From positions 79,025-143,024 of the forward strand of contig JBGTHM010000005.1 in assembly GCA_041746255.1 (NCBI GenBank): DNA of 64,000 bases, read 5' to 3'. Source of the DNA: Fibrobacteria bacterium (GTDB lineage Bacteria > Fibrobacterota > Fibrobacteria > UBA11236). This document shows positions 1 through 9,594 of this stretch, piece by piece (position 1 is the first letter of the stretch; the number at the start of each line of letters is the position of its first letter). The position numbers and the translations under genes were made by a program. The notes under the pieces are model-generated. The model had not been told where the DNA came from. It was given only the letters and a program-made list of their open reading frames with translations, and searched no databases.

Positions 1-1
1 A

Positions 2-433
2 CTGGGAGACCGGTATGAAGCGGAGGACCGACTCCAGGAATTAATCCTCAAACTGCCGGAATCCATCCGTAGTTTCAAGGGGAACTCTTTATTGGGCACA
101 TGGCTCTACCGCATCATGCACAACCTCTGTTTGATGCAATTGGGGGCAACGGGAAACCGGGGGCGCCTTCTGCGGGAATTTCATGCCGAGGGAGGTCTGG
201 ACGAGAGCCGTATCGGGGATCAGGCGGAATGGGAACTTAAAGACAAATTGAACAGGCTGCTGAATTTGTTGGAGCCGGAAAATCGGGCGCTACTCTGGTT
301 GAAAGAGGCCGAAGGCTTGTCACTTCGGGAGTTGGCCGATATCTTTTCCGCTCCGGAAGGTACATTGAAGGCCCGCCTCTCGCGATCGCGCGAGAAACTG
401 AAGCGGGCGCTGGAGGAGAATGATTATGGATGA
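2..433 (+). CDS. ECF RNA polymerase sigma factor (5' truncated by window edge)
   Basis: Frame is open from base 2 (LGDRYEAEDRLQE...SFKGNSLLGTWLYRI, region 2). Region 4 reads GLSLRELADIF...GTLKARLSRSREKL. Confidence 0.9.
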   Translation: MGDRYEAEDRLQELILKLPESIRSFKGNSLLGTWLYRIMHNLCLMQLGATGNRGRLLREFHAEGGLDESRIGDQAEWELKDKLNRLLNLLEPENRALLWLKEAEGLSLRELADIFSAPEGTLKARLSRSREKLKRALEENDYG

Positions 434-851
434 GTTGGATAAGGTGATTAAGGAAAGCGAACGCTTGGTAGCGGATGAAAAGCTGTGGAATCGGCTCCAG
501 GCCGGTAATTCCAGAGATACGGATTCACGGAAAGACAAGGGTGAGGATTATTCCTCTGAATCAAAGCGGGTATTCCCCTTCCGCCAGGTCTTAGCCTTGG
601 CCGCCTGCGGTATTTTAGCGGCGGGATTGGCGGCTTTTTCTCTTTCCCACCTGAAAGTGACGCCGCAAGTGCTAATCGACTATGCGGGTTTCGATGAATC
701 CACCCATGATTGGCTCGCGTATCAGGTCGTCGGTTACTACACGGAATTGGGCAACGAAGAATCCGCGATAAATGCCGGCGCCGAAGATTGGATGGACACC
801 TGGTCGCCATGGCTGGAAGCAGAACCTGAAGTCGCCGTTGCGACAGAATGA
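420..851 (+). CDS. Putative single-pass anti-sigma factor
   Basis: Overlaps the sigma stop codon; one hydrophobic segment (VLALAACGILAAGLAAF); typical ECF-anti-sigma arrangement. Confidence 0.6.
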   Translation: MIMDELDKVIKESERLVADEKLWNRLQAGNSRDTDSRKDKGEDYSSESKRVFPFRQVLALAACGILAAGLAAFSLSHLKVTPQVLIDYAGFDESTHDWLAYQVVGYYTELGNEESAINAGAEDWMDTWSPWLEAEPEVAVATE

Positions 852-881
852 ATCCCGACAAACATTGATTAAACAAGGAGA

Positions 882-1364
882 ATGAAAATGAAAACAAGAT
901 TTACCACCTATGCACTCGCTTTGGGACTCTGTTTGAGCCTTTCGCAAAACCTACCGGCCAATCCTACCGATTCGACAAAACAGCCGCAGTCCGAAATGCA
1001 GAAATCCTATAAAAAGAAAGCGCATGGAGAAAAACATAAGCATCGAGGCATGCTCAACCCCAGGTTAATCCGCGCTTTGGAATTGACGGAAGCGCAACGC
1101 ATGAGTCTGAGCGAGCGCCGCAGCGCCACCGAACAGAAAAGAAGCGAATTGAAGGCAGAGAAGTCACGGGCCGAAAAAGACATGAAAGAGGCGCTCGCCG
1201 CCCTGCCCTTGGACAAAAAAAGGATCAAAGAGATATCGGAGAGAATCCTTCTCAACCAACGCCGATTTTCCGAGTTGCGACTGGAGGGAGTGGTCTTTTT
1301 CGTGGAATTGCTCACACCGCAACAACATGCCAAATTCGTAGAGATGCAGACCCGTAAATCGTGA
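882..1364 (+). CDS. Spy/CpxP/ZraP-like periplasmic helical protein
   Basis: Signal peptide, LELTEAQ and LTPQQ (LTxxQ) motifs, His-rich patch, AAGGAG RBS. Confidence 0.8.
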   Translation: MKMKTRFTTYALALGLCLSLSQNLPANPTDSTKQPQSEMQKSYKKKAHGEKHKHRGMLNPRLIRALELTEAQRMSLSERRSATEQKRSELKAEKSRAEKDMKEALAALPLDKKRIKEISERILLNQRRFSELRLEGVVFFVELLTPQQHAKFVEMQTRKS

Positions 1365-1384
1365 AATCCAGTCGGTATCGGAGA

Positions 1385-1405
1385 AGGAGGCGGCTCCGGC
1401 CTCCT
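1385..1405. terminator. GC hairpin between convergent genes, possible bidirectional terminator
   Basis: AGGAGGC-N7-GCCTCCT; no clear U-tract. Confidence 0.4.
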
Positions 1406-1416
1406 GCCGGTGCCGC

Positions 1417-2601
1417 CTATAGCGGAGCGAACTGAATCTTGATGTAGAGATTCTCCGCTAGATCGAATTTCATCGGCTTGATTTTCTGATGGTTGCGATC
1501 GAACAGGAGAATGATGATCGGCCGCTCCTTATTTTCCGGATGCACCTGCGCCACCACTCCGGAATATCCCATGGTGCGGTACTTGGGATCCTCCGTCACC
1601 GTAATGCGGGAGCCCACCGGAAAAACCGGAATCATGGAAATCATCAAATCGACTATGGGGGTGTTCAGTCGGGTACCCGCCAGCATGATGAGATCACGCA
1701 TGGCCATCTCGGGAGATTTGGGGAGAAAAGTACCGGGTCGGGGCGCCAACAGTGAAATGTAAGTATCGGCAACGGCAGCTACCTCGGCATACCGGTGGAT
1801 GAATCCCGTTTCGGTGGAAATCACCTTCCTCGGCAATTCGTTGCGTCCCTTTAGACCGCGCGGGTAACCCGTTCCGTCCTGGTTTTCATGGTGCTGATAA
1901 GCCACGTGCGCGGTATTGATGGCTATGCCTTCGTTCTCTTTGAGAATCGCATATCCCATGGAAGGGTGTTCGCGCATCAACTCCTTCTCCTCCGCGCTCA
2001 AGGGTCCCTTTTTATTAAAAACCGACTCGGAAAGCAAAATCATCCCGAAATCCATAAGAAAGGTTCCGAGCGCCAATTCCTCGATATCCTTGATGGGAAA
2101 GCGTAAACGCTGGGCGAGAAGTATGGAAGTTATGGTCACGTCGAGGGAATGCTGGAAGAGATAACCGCTTTTGGAACGCATGGAGGTCAGGTTCACCATC
2201 AATGGCTCCCTGGCGAGTAGAGTTTCAATGATTTCGGAAACCAAGGACTTGGCTTGGGATACGGCGATAATGTTTTTGAAGCGGGAGGCGTCGGCAAGAA
2301 AACCTCGCACCGAAGCCACAGTCATATTCTTCATATCACCGGCGCTTTTAAGCAATTCGGCATGCTTTTGTAAGGTACCCAGTGCCTGCAATTCCAATTG
2401 CTCTTGGATGAGGATTTCCGGTATTACATCCACGCCTTCCTGGTATACCCAGAATCCGTTCAATTCCATTTTACGGCATTTGGCGATCACTTCGTTATTC
2501 AAAACGAAACCCTGGGATAAAAGCAAATTACCCCGCTCCCCCAAAATGGAACGAGCCAATACCATGCCGGGATGGACTTCTTCGATGGAAACTTGAATCA
2601 T
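1417..2601 (-). CDS. HD-GYP domain protein (HD motif degenerate)
   Basis: N-terminal 'VHPGMVLARSI...G.LLL'; HHENQDGTGYP retained; LMDFG where LHDIG is expected. Confidence 0.88.
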   Translation of the reverse strand: MIQVSIEEVHPGMVLARSILGERGNLLLSQGFVLNNEVIAKCRKMELNGFWVYQEGVDVIPEILIQEQLELQALGTLQKHAELLKSAGDMKNMTVASVRGFLADASRFKNIIAVSQAKSLVSEIIETLLAREPLMVNLTSMRSKSGYLFQHSLDVTITSILLAQRLRFPIKDIEELALGTFLMDFGMILLSESVFNKKGPLSAEEKELMREHPSMGYAILKENEGIAINTAHVAYQHHENQDGTGYPRGLKGRNELPRKVISTETGFIHRYAEVAAVADTYISLLAPRPGTFLPKSPEMAMRDLIMLAGTRLNTPIVDLMISMIPVFPVGSRITVTEDPKYRTMGYSGVVAQVHPENKERPIIILLFDRNHQKIKPMKFDLAENLYIKIQFAPL

Positions 2602-2793
2602 AGGGCTAACGGATATTCCGGTAAGCGCATCCGCTGGGGAAATTGAATGAACGTCATTTCCAATTTTCCCAGCCAACGGCGGCAAAGTCAAGTACGGTGA
2701 ATCGACGAGGGATGAATTAGGCGATTTTGGGCGGTTTTACCGGAGGAATAGGGTAAAACCGATCGTATTCCCATTCAGGACGGGATAATGTCT

Positions 2794-3813
2794 TTAATAG
2801 GAGATAATCCTCGCAAGCTTGCCATTTCTGTCTAACAATCTTCCGTCCACCCGGAATTCGGAATTGCCCTCAAGTAACGGCGTGAATCCCGGTCTAAGGG
2901 AGCGGCCAAGGGAAACTGAATAATTTCCGGTTTTGTATCCCCGGACCAGCATGGGAAGCCGGTATAGCCCTTTATTCGTGATGATAAAAAGGGTTTTGAA
3001 ATCCGCTCCCCCGAAAGCGAGATTCGTCATTTGCTCTCCGGGAATCGATATTTTTCCGAGAGCTTCTCCTTTCGGCGAAAAGACGTGCACCGCCTGGCCG
3101 AATTGTACGGCATAAACATTGCCCAGTTCGTCCAGCACGACGCCATCGGCGCTCGGTACCGTCGCGAATTCATTGCGACTGCCTAAGGAGAAATCCTCCC
3201 TGACGGCATAAGCCGCAATTTTACCGTCCTGATTCTCCAAAACATACAGGATTTTCCGCTCCTCGTCCCATTCGATGCCGTTGGGCTTGGGCCGATTGCT
3301 CAAAACCTCCCGAGTCTCCCCCGTAGCTGCGTCCCGGAAGAAAACGGAACGCCCGTTGAAGTTGGTAAAGAAGAGGTTGTCTTTTGAATCACCGGTCACG
3401 TCATTGAAATTTTCTCCGCTATTGGGGTACTTATAGAGAGTATCGGTTTGGTTATCGAAGGTTTCACCCGCCTTGACCCGCACAATCGCTTTGGCCTGGC
3501 AGATGATGATTCGGTTTTGCGTATCCAGCCACATGCCATTGGGAGCGTCCGCGGCCTTGCGCCAGGGATGCGCGGTATCCTCGCCTACTTTCAAACGCAT
3601 GGTACGGTTATTGGAACCCATTTCATTGAAATAAACATTCCCCTGCCAATCCGCGACAACCCCTTCGCCGAAGACAGTGCCTCCGGCCCGCTTGGTCAAT
3701 TCCGGAGTACCCGGCGCCGCCAACGAGGGTGGAAGGGTATGGAGGGTTTGAGCCAAGACGCCAACCGCACTTGCCATCACCAAATACAGCGCCGATAAAG
3801 AATGCCGCGACAT
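2794..3813 (-). CDS. Secreted SMP-30/gluconolactonase family beta-propeller
   Basis: Signal peptide; EG, NG, ND, PNG, DG and TNLAFGG motifs; AGGAG upstream of ATG 3813. Confidence 0.88.
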   Translation of the reverse strand: MSRHSLSALYLVMASAVGVLAQTLHTLPPSLAAPGTPELTKRAGGTVFGEGVVADWQGNVYFNEMGSNNRTMRLKVGEDTAHPWRKAADAPNGMWLDTQNRIIICQAKAIVRVKAGETFDNQTDTLYKYPNSGENFNDVTGDSKDNLFFTNFNGRSVFFRDAATGETREVLSNRPKPNGIEWDEERKILYVLENQDGKIAAYAVREDFSLGSRNEFATVPSADGVVLDELGNVYAVQFGQAVHVFSPKGEALGKISIPGEQMTNLAFGGADFKTLFIITNKGLYRLPMLVRGYKTGNYSVSLGRSLRPGFTPLLEGNSEFRVDGRLLDRNGKLARIISY

Positions 3814-3904
3814 TTTCATTCTCCTGTTTATGGTTTTAAATATAAACGCATTCGGGATTACAGACATCAGGTTTGCATGGACTTTTAAATGGTATTTTAT
3901 GCAA

Positions 3905-4777
3905 ATGGCCAATCCCAAGCGCAGTCGCCCGGAAAACACGGCAGGAGATTTCTACGTCGATGACACCTGCATCGATTGCGACACCTGCCGATGGCTGGCG
4001 CCGGCAACCTTCCTTCGGGCCGGCGAATTTTCTGCGGTGGGCCGACAACCCGCCACCTCCACTGAAAGAGAGCTTGCCCTCCAGGCTGCGGTGGCCTGTC
4101 CCACCGCTTCCATTGGCACCCACTCTCCTGCTTCGGAGCTGCCGTCCATAAGACGAGCCTTCCCACTTCCTCTGGAAGACAACGTATTTTACTGCGGCTA
4201 TCATTCCCGTAAATCGTTCGGCGCGGCGAGCTATTTCATTCAACGTGATGAGGGTAATATTCTCGTCGATTCCCCCCGCTTTTCTCCCGTGTTGGCGGAA
4301 CGTTTGGAGTCGATGGGCGGTGTGCGCTACTTTTATCTCACGCATGGAGATGACGTAGCCGACCACGAGGCCTGGCGCGATCGCTTCGGATGCGAACGTA
4401 TTATGCACAAGTGGGACGCTAATGTCGAAACCCTCGGCTTGGAAATCCTGTTGCAGGACGAACAGCCCTATGCGCTGGCCGAGGATTTGCTTATCCTCCC
4501 CGTGCCCGGCCACACCCGCGGGAGTACGGTGCTTTTGTATCGAGACAAATTTATTTTCACCGGCGACCACCTCGCCTACTCCATACGCCTGAAACATCTC
4601 TACGCCTTCCGCACCGCCTGCTGGTATTCGTGGGAGAAGCAAATCCTATCCATGGAAACCCTGCTGAAATACCGCTTCGAATGGGTTCTTCCCGGCCATG
4701 GAAGGCGCTACCATGCGAATGCCGAAGAAATTTCCCGGCAAATGGGTCTTTGTATCGAATGGATGAAATCCCGGTAA
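3905..4777 (+). CDS. Ferredoxin-fused MBL-fold metallo-hydrolase
   Basis: CIDCDTC...ACP Fe-S motif; THGDDVADH, PGHTRGS, TGDH and LPGHG motifs. Confidence 0.92.
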   Translation: MANPKRSRPENTAGDFYVDDTCIDCDTCRWLAPATFLRAGEFSAVGRQPATSTERELALQAAVACPTASIGTHSPASELPSIRRAFPLPLEDNVFYCGYHSRKSFGAASYFIQRDEGNILVDSPRFSPVLAERLESMGGVRYFYLTHGDDVADHEAWRDRFGCERIMHKWDANVETLGLEILLQDEQPYALAEDLLILPVPGHTRGSTVLLYRDKFIFTGDHLAYSIRLKHLYAFRTACWYSWEKQILSMETLLKYRFEWVLPGHGRRYHANAEEISRQMGLCIEWMKSR

Positions 4778-4887
4778 AAACCAATTTTTGGATTTGAACA
4801 CTTTGGATAATGGTTTTAAATACAAAGTGAAATGAACAGCCTACCATTTGGATCCAAGGCTGAAAATTTCTAGGAGGGGAAAATAGC

Positions 4888-5283
4888 ATGCGTAACTCTT
4901 ACAAACCGGAGAATTACAACTCCGTATCACCCTATTTTGTAGTTAATGGCGCCCAAAGGTTTATCGACCTGCTCAAATCAATTTTTGGTGCTGAAGAATT
5001 AAGACGCTATGATAACACCGACCGTAGCATTATGCATGCCGAGGTCCGCATCGACGATTCCGTTATCATGGTAGGCGACGCCTCCGCCCAATATCCTGCG
5101 AATTCATTGCTGACGCACATTTACGTGCCGGATGTGGATGTCGTATTCCGAAATGCCATGGAAGCCGGCTGCGAGTCTTTGGATACGCCGAGTAAAAAAG
5201 AGGGAGATCCCGACAAAAGAGGTTCATTCAAAGATTTTTCAGGGAATACCTGGTCCATCGCCACTCAAGTTTCTCCCCAATGA
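4888..5283 (+). CDS. VOC/glyoxalase (PhnB-like) protein
   Basis: SVSPYF, IMHAEVRIDDSVIM, DFSGNTW motifs; AGGAGG RBS. Confidence 0.9.
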   Translation: MRNSYKPENYNSVSPYFVVNGAQRFIDLLKSIFGAEELRRYDNTDRSIMHAEVRIDDSVIMVGDASAQYPANSLLTHIYVPDVDVVFRNAMEAGCESLDTPSKKEGDPDKRGSFKDFSGNTWSIATQVSPQ

Positions 5284-5990
5284 CGGATATCATACTGGCA
5301 TTTGTCCCGGGAGCCGGACTTGATGCTTCGATATGGGAAAAATTGACCCCGTACCTGAATTTTAAACAGGCCTACCTGGATTATCCCAATCGCGGAAATG
5401 CTCCAGCGACAAACAGGCGTTTATCCTTACAAGATTACTACTCAACCTTGTTACGACAATTGGAGGATTTCCCGAATGCGAAAATTCTCCTTGTCGCCCA
5501 CTCGCTGGGTGGAATTTTCATCAACAAGCTGGCCTCGGAATTAAATGAGAGGTTGATTGGTATCGTGGCCATTGGTGCCATCATTCCGGATGAGAACCAT
5601 TCATTTTTATCGGAGTTTCACGGTGTACAACGATTTATCATGCGGGTAATAATGCGTTTGGCGGGCACACGGCCTCCTGCCTCGCAAATAAAAAGCGGAC
5701 TTTGCAACGACCTTAAAGGCGAAATGGCGGATAAAATCGTGAGCCGATTCACGCCGGAATCCATTGCGGTTTACACGGAAAAAATCACCTACCCAATTCC
5801 GCTCAAGCCTTGTCTTTTTATTTTGCTTACGAATGATAAGAGCGTTTCGGTGAGTCGGCAAAAATTATCCGCGGAGAAGTTCCGGGAAGCGCAAATCCAC
5901 AGTCTCGACTCCGGGCATCTTCCCATGCTGAGCCAACCGGAAAAACTAGCGGGCCTACTGAATGATTTCACGCGATCCTTGACGGTGTAA
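5280..5990 (+). CDS. Alpha/beta hydrolase
   Basis: PGAG, AHSLGG nucleophile elbow, DKSV, SGHLPMLSQP; ATGA overlap with the upstream gene. Confidence 0.9.
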   Translation: MTDIILAFVPGAGLDASIWEKLTPYLNFKQAYLDYPNRGNAPATNRRLSLQDYYSTLLRQLEDFPNAKILLVAHSLGGIFINKLASELNERLIGIVAIGAIIPDENHSFLSEFHGVQRFIMRVIMRLAGTRPPASQIKSGLCNDLKGEMADKIVSRFTPESIAVYTEKITYPIPLKPCLFILLTNDKSVSVSRQKLSAEKFREAQIHSLDSGHLPMLSQPEKLAGLLNDFTRSLTV

Positions 5991-6001
5991 AGAAATCCGT
6001 T

Positions 6002-6583
6002 TCACATCGCCGCGGAAACTCCCTTTTCAGATGCGGGAACCGACCAATCGTAAACGGGTGGGAGGGGTTTGGAACCCAATAGCCTGGCCACACCCGCCAA
6101 GCCGGTCATGATCGCCCGCCCGATGGCGGATGCCGGAGTCGAAGACTGATGCTCATCGGCTTGTACGAAAACCTGCCCGGTCATTCCCAACGTCAAGGCC
6201 GGCGATCGGCCGCTGTCACGTGTCATAACCGCCAACGGAATGAATAAATCCTCCATACGAGGCCCGTCCAAGGTAACTTCGACCACAACCGGCTGTTTTC
6301 CGAAATTCTTGAATCGATGGCGCTTCCGGGGTGGAATCGACACGCTCATGCCTGGGCCGTAGTCGACCCTTTTCCCTTCGATCCAAATGGTAAGCGCGCC
6401 TTCCAAAACCTTGAATGACTCGGTTTCGTATTCGTGAAAATGTTCTCCGGGCCCCGTCTTACCCGGCCCCAAGGTCCAGGTAAAGCGGAATAATTTCTCC
6501 TCCGAACGGAACGAATTCCGGAAAAGAAAATGCTCGCCGGTGGCGGGCATGGCGACTGTAAGGGCTTGATTGTCTAGCTTCAT
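6002..6583 (-). CDS. Cupin domain protein
   Basis: EHFH...ESFKVLEG and IPP...HRF cupin motifs. Confidence 0.85.
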   Translation of the reverse strand: MKLDNQALTVAMPATGEHFLFRNSFRSEEKLFRFTWTLGPGKTGPGEHFHEYETESFKVLEGALTIWIEGKRVDYGPGMSVSIPPRKRHRFKNFGKQPVVVEVTLDGPRMEDLFIPLAVMTRDSGRSPALTLGMTGQVFVQADEHQSSTPASAIGRAIMTGLAGVARLLGSKPLPPVYDWSVPASEKGVSAAM

Positions 6584-6586
6584 AAT

Positions 6587-6601
6587 GTTACATATAGTAA
6601 C
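6587..6601. promoter_or_regulatory. Probable TetR operator in a 20-bp divergent intergenic gap
   Basis: GTTAC-atata-GTAAC palindrome between the cupin and TetR start codons, overlapping TATAGT. Confidence 0.6.
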
Positions 6602-6603
6602 TT

Positions 6604-7320
6604 ATGTCCCCATCCCCTGTCAAACGGAATTTCCGCGTTCGCAAAAACCCCGAATCATTCCACCATGGCGATTTACGCGAAGCGGCCATCCATCTCGCCG
6701 TAAAAGACGTCGAAACCCGGGGCCATACCCATGTTTCGCTGGAGCGTCTGGCCAAAAACCTGGGAGTTACCCGCCCCGCGCTCTACCGCCATTTCGCCGA
6801 TCGCGACGCCCTGCTCGAGGCCGCCGCCCTGCGTGGCCTGGAACGATTCGAAAAAGCCCTGGAAGCGCCGCTCCTTTTGGCTCCCGACCCATGGAGGGCC
6901 ATTCACGACTGCGGCTACGCCTACGTCCGCTTCGCTTGGGAAAACCCGGGTTGGTTTCGCTTGCAATTTTCACGGGAGCAAACCGAAAGGCGTCCCTCTC
7001 ATCTGATGACGCGCCGTCCGGCTTATGCACCGCTGCTGCTCAAAGCCGTTTCCGACAAATTTGGAAATGACAATCCGGAAACCGACGATGTGTTCCGTGT
7101 CCTTTGGGCCGAGGTGCATGGTCTCGCGGTGTTGGTGGTGGAACGCGTTTTTCAACTGGTGGATACCGACACGGAAAGGTTAGTGGCGGCCGAAAGGGCG
7201 ATATCCATATTGGTAGAGGCCTTTCATGCCTATTCTAAAAACAAAGTGGGGCGACTGGGACTGGCGCCGTCCCAGCCCATGCCCGGTTTCTCGAGCTTGG
7301 TAAAGGGAAAGGCGCCCTGA
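6604..7320 (+). CDS. TetR/AcrR family regulator (WHG-type C-terminus)
   Basis: FHHGDLR...SLERLAKNLGVTRPALYRHF HTH; WAEVHG. Confidence 0.92.
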   Translation: MSPSPVKRNFRVRKNPESFHHGDLREAAIHLAVKDVETRGHTHVSLERLAKNLGVTRPALYRHFADRDALLEAAALRGLERFEKALEAPLLLAPDPWRAIHDCGYAYVRFAWENPGWFRLQFSREQTERRPSHLMTRRPAYAPLLLKAVSDKFGNDNPETDDVFRVLWAEVHGLAVLVVERVFQLVDTDTERLVAAERAISILVEAFHAYSKNKVGRLGLAPSQPMPGFSSLVKGKAP

Positions 7321-7453
7321 CCTCAATACCGAATCCTGGGTTGTTGGTATTTTATCTTTGACCAACCCCGTAAAACTCTTGTGGGTTAACGGTTTCCGCA
7401 CCTATCTTAAAGTCTGCTCCGCGAAGATAAGCGGATTAAAGGATTTAAGAGGC

Positions 7454-9415
7454 ATGACTCCCACCCAAAAAGCCACCCCCGCCACTGTCGCATACGGAAG
7501 CTGGCCTTCCACCATTTCCGCCGAAAGCCTGGCGCGTTCCACCTTGGGGCTGGGACAAATCCAGGTGACCGAAGACGGCCTATTCTGGCTGGAGAGCCGC
7601 CCTGCCGAGGGGGGAAGGCAGGTGGTGGTAAAAGCCGGCATGGGAGAAGAGGGGAAAGAAAGCGAAGATATGTTCTCCGACCCGTACAATGCCCGCAATA
7701 AGGTGCATGAATACGGCGGAGGTGATTTCCTGGTTCATCGAGGGGTTCTCTATTTCACCCATCAATCCGACCAGCGCATTTACCGCGTGGATCATAGCCG
7801 CGCCCCCCAGGCCATAACCCCCGAAGGACCCTTCCGCTATGCGGATTTGGCGGTGGACGAATTGCGTGAGCGCCTCCTCGCGGTCCGCGAGGAGCACCAT
7901 GGCCGGGGCGAGCCGCATAATAGCCTGGTCGCCTTGCCGTTGGCGGGAGACGCGCCCCCCGCCGTTCTAGCGCATGGATGCGATTTCTACGCCTGCCCCC
8001 GCATCAGCCCCGACGGCCACCACCTTTCGTGGCTGTCTTGGAACCATCCCGATATGCCTTGGGACGGTTGCGAACTTTATGTCGCTGAACTGAATCCGGG
8101 CGGAGATCCCGGAGCCATCCATCATGTCGCCGGTAGCCGCGAGGAGTCCATCTTCCAGCCACAATGGTCGCCGGATAACCGGCTTCATTTCGTTTCTGAT
8201 CGTACGGGATGGTGGAACCTGTTCGTTTGGGATGGAAAAAAATCCCGCAATCTCTGCCCCATGGAAGCCGAATTCGCGTTGCCGCAATGGGTATTCGGAC
8301 AATCCACTTACGCCTTCGTGGGCGACGAATCCATCCTTTCCGCCTACAACCAGGGAGGCCGATGGACGCTTTGTCTCCTGAACCGTCAGGGCGGAAAGCG
8401 TCAAGATTTCGATTTGCCCTTCTCCCAAATAGAAAGTGTACGGGCCGACGCCGTCACCGGATATTTCATCGCATCTTCTCCGACATGCTTCCCCGGGATT
8501 TGCGCCCTCAACCTTTCCAACGGAAAGTTACGCCTGATCAAATCCTCACTGACCGACTTTCACATCGATGGCGGCTCCGATCAATGGGCCCTTCCGGAAC
8601 CCATCGACTTTTTAGGTTATGATGGGCAATTATCACATGCATGGTTTGTACCGCCGCATAACCCGCACTACCAGGGACCTAAGGGAGAATCGCCTCCGCT
8701 CATAGTCAAAGTGCACAGCGGGCCAACCGCCGCCACCTCCACGGGGCTGGATTTGGGCGTACAATTCTGGACTTCGCGAGGCTTCGCTGTTTTATCCGTC
8801 GACTATGGGGGAAGCACGGGTTATGGTCGCTCCTACCGGCAAAGGCTTGACGGCCTTTGGGGCCGCGTGGATGCGGAAGACTGTTTGCTGGCCGCCCTGT
8901 ATCTTCAGCAAGCCGGTCGCGTGGACGGCGGTAAAATGGCCATTACCGGCAATAGCGCAGGGGGGTTCACGGCTTTGTCCGCCTTGGCTTTTCATAAGGG
9001 CTTCAGTGCGGGAACCAGCCTTTACGGCGTCGCGGATTTGGAAGCCTTGGCCCATGATACGCACAAATTCGAAGCGCATTATCTCGATCGGCTGGTGGCT
9101 CCCTATCCTGCCGGAGAAGCCGTCTACCGGGAGCGTTCACCCTTGCATCATGCGCAGGGGATAACCTGCCCGGTACTGCTGTTGCAGGGTCTGGAGGACA
9201 AGGTCGTACCTCCCGCCCAATCCGATGCCATGTTTCGAATACTGCGCGAAAAAGGCCTTCCTGTCGCCTATTTACGTTTCGAAGGGGAAGGACACGGTTT
9301 CAAACTTCCCGCAAACCGCAAAAAGGCCCGGGATGCTGAACTCTATTTTTACCGCCGCATCTTCGGATTGCATGATCCGGATGGCCTCGAACCGCTTGTA
9401 ATTGAAAATTTTTGA
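7454..9415 (+). CDS. S9 family peptidase (acylaminoacyl peptidase-like)
   Basis: YGSWPS N-terminus, VHEYGGG, GNSAGG catalytic Ser, DKVV, EGHGF. Confidence 0.93.
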   Translation: MTPTQKATPATVAYGSWPSTISAESLARSTLGLGQIQVTEDGLFWLESRPAEGGRQVVVKAGMGEEGKESEDMFSDPYNARNKVHEYGGGDFLVHRGVLYFTHQSDQRIYRVDHSRAPQAITPEGPFRYADLAVDELRERLLAVREEHHGRGEPHNSLVALPLAGDAPPAVLAHGCDFYACPRISPDGHHLSWLSWNHPDMPWDGCELYVAELNPGGDPGAIHHVAGSREESIFQPQWSPDNRLHFVSDRTGWWNLFVWDGKKSRNLCPMEAEFALPQWVFGQSTYAFVGDESILSAYNQGGRWTLCLLNRQGGKRQDFDLPFSQIESVRADAVTGYFIASSPTCFPGICALNLSNGKLRLIKSSLTDFHIDGGSDQWALPEPIDFLGYDGQLSHAWFVPPHNPHYQGPKGESPPLIVKVHSGPTAATSTGLDLGVQFWTSRGFAVLSVDYGGSTGYGRSYRQRLDGLWGRVDAEDCLLAALYLQQAGRVDGGKMAITGNSAGGFTALSALAFHKGFSAGTSLYGVADLEALAHDTHKFEAHYLDRLVAPYPAGEAVYRERSPLHHAQGITCPVLLLQGLEDKVVPPAQSDAMFRILREKGLPVAYLRFEGEGHGFKLPANRKKARDAELYFYRRIFGLHDPDGLEPLVIENF

Positions 9416-9594
9416 AATTTGTAAATCCGGGAATTATGAAAAGGTCATTAAATATTGATTTCCACTTGGAAAGGGGGTAACCTTAACTTCATTGTATCGT
9501 GTCGGTAATCATAACGGGTTGACAGCAGGGCCGGAATTCGGTCGGCGGAATAATTGTCTTATTAAAAATTATCCTGGCCTAGAAAAAACAACTC

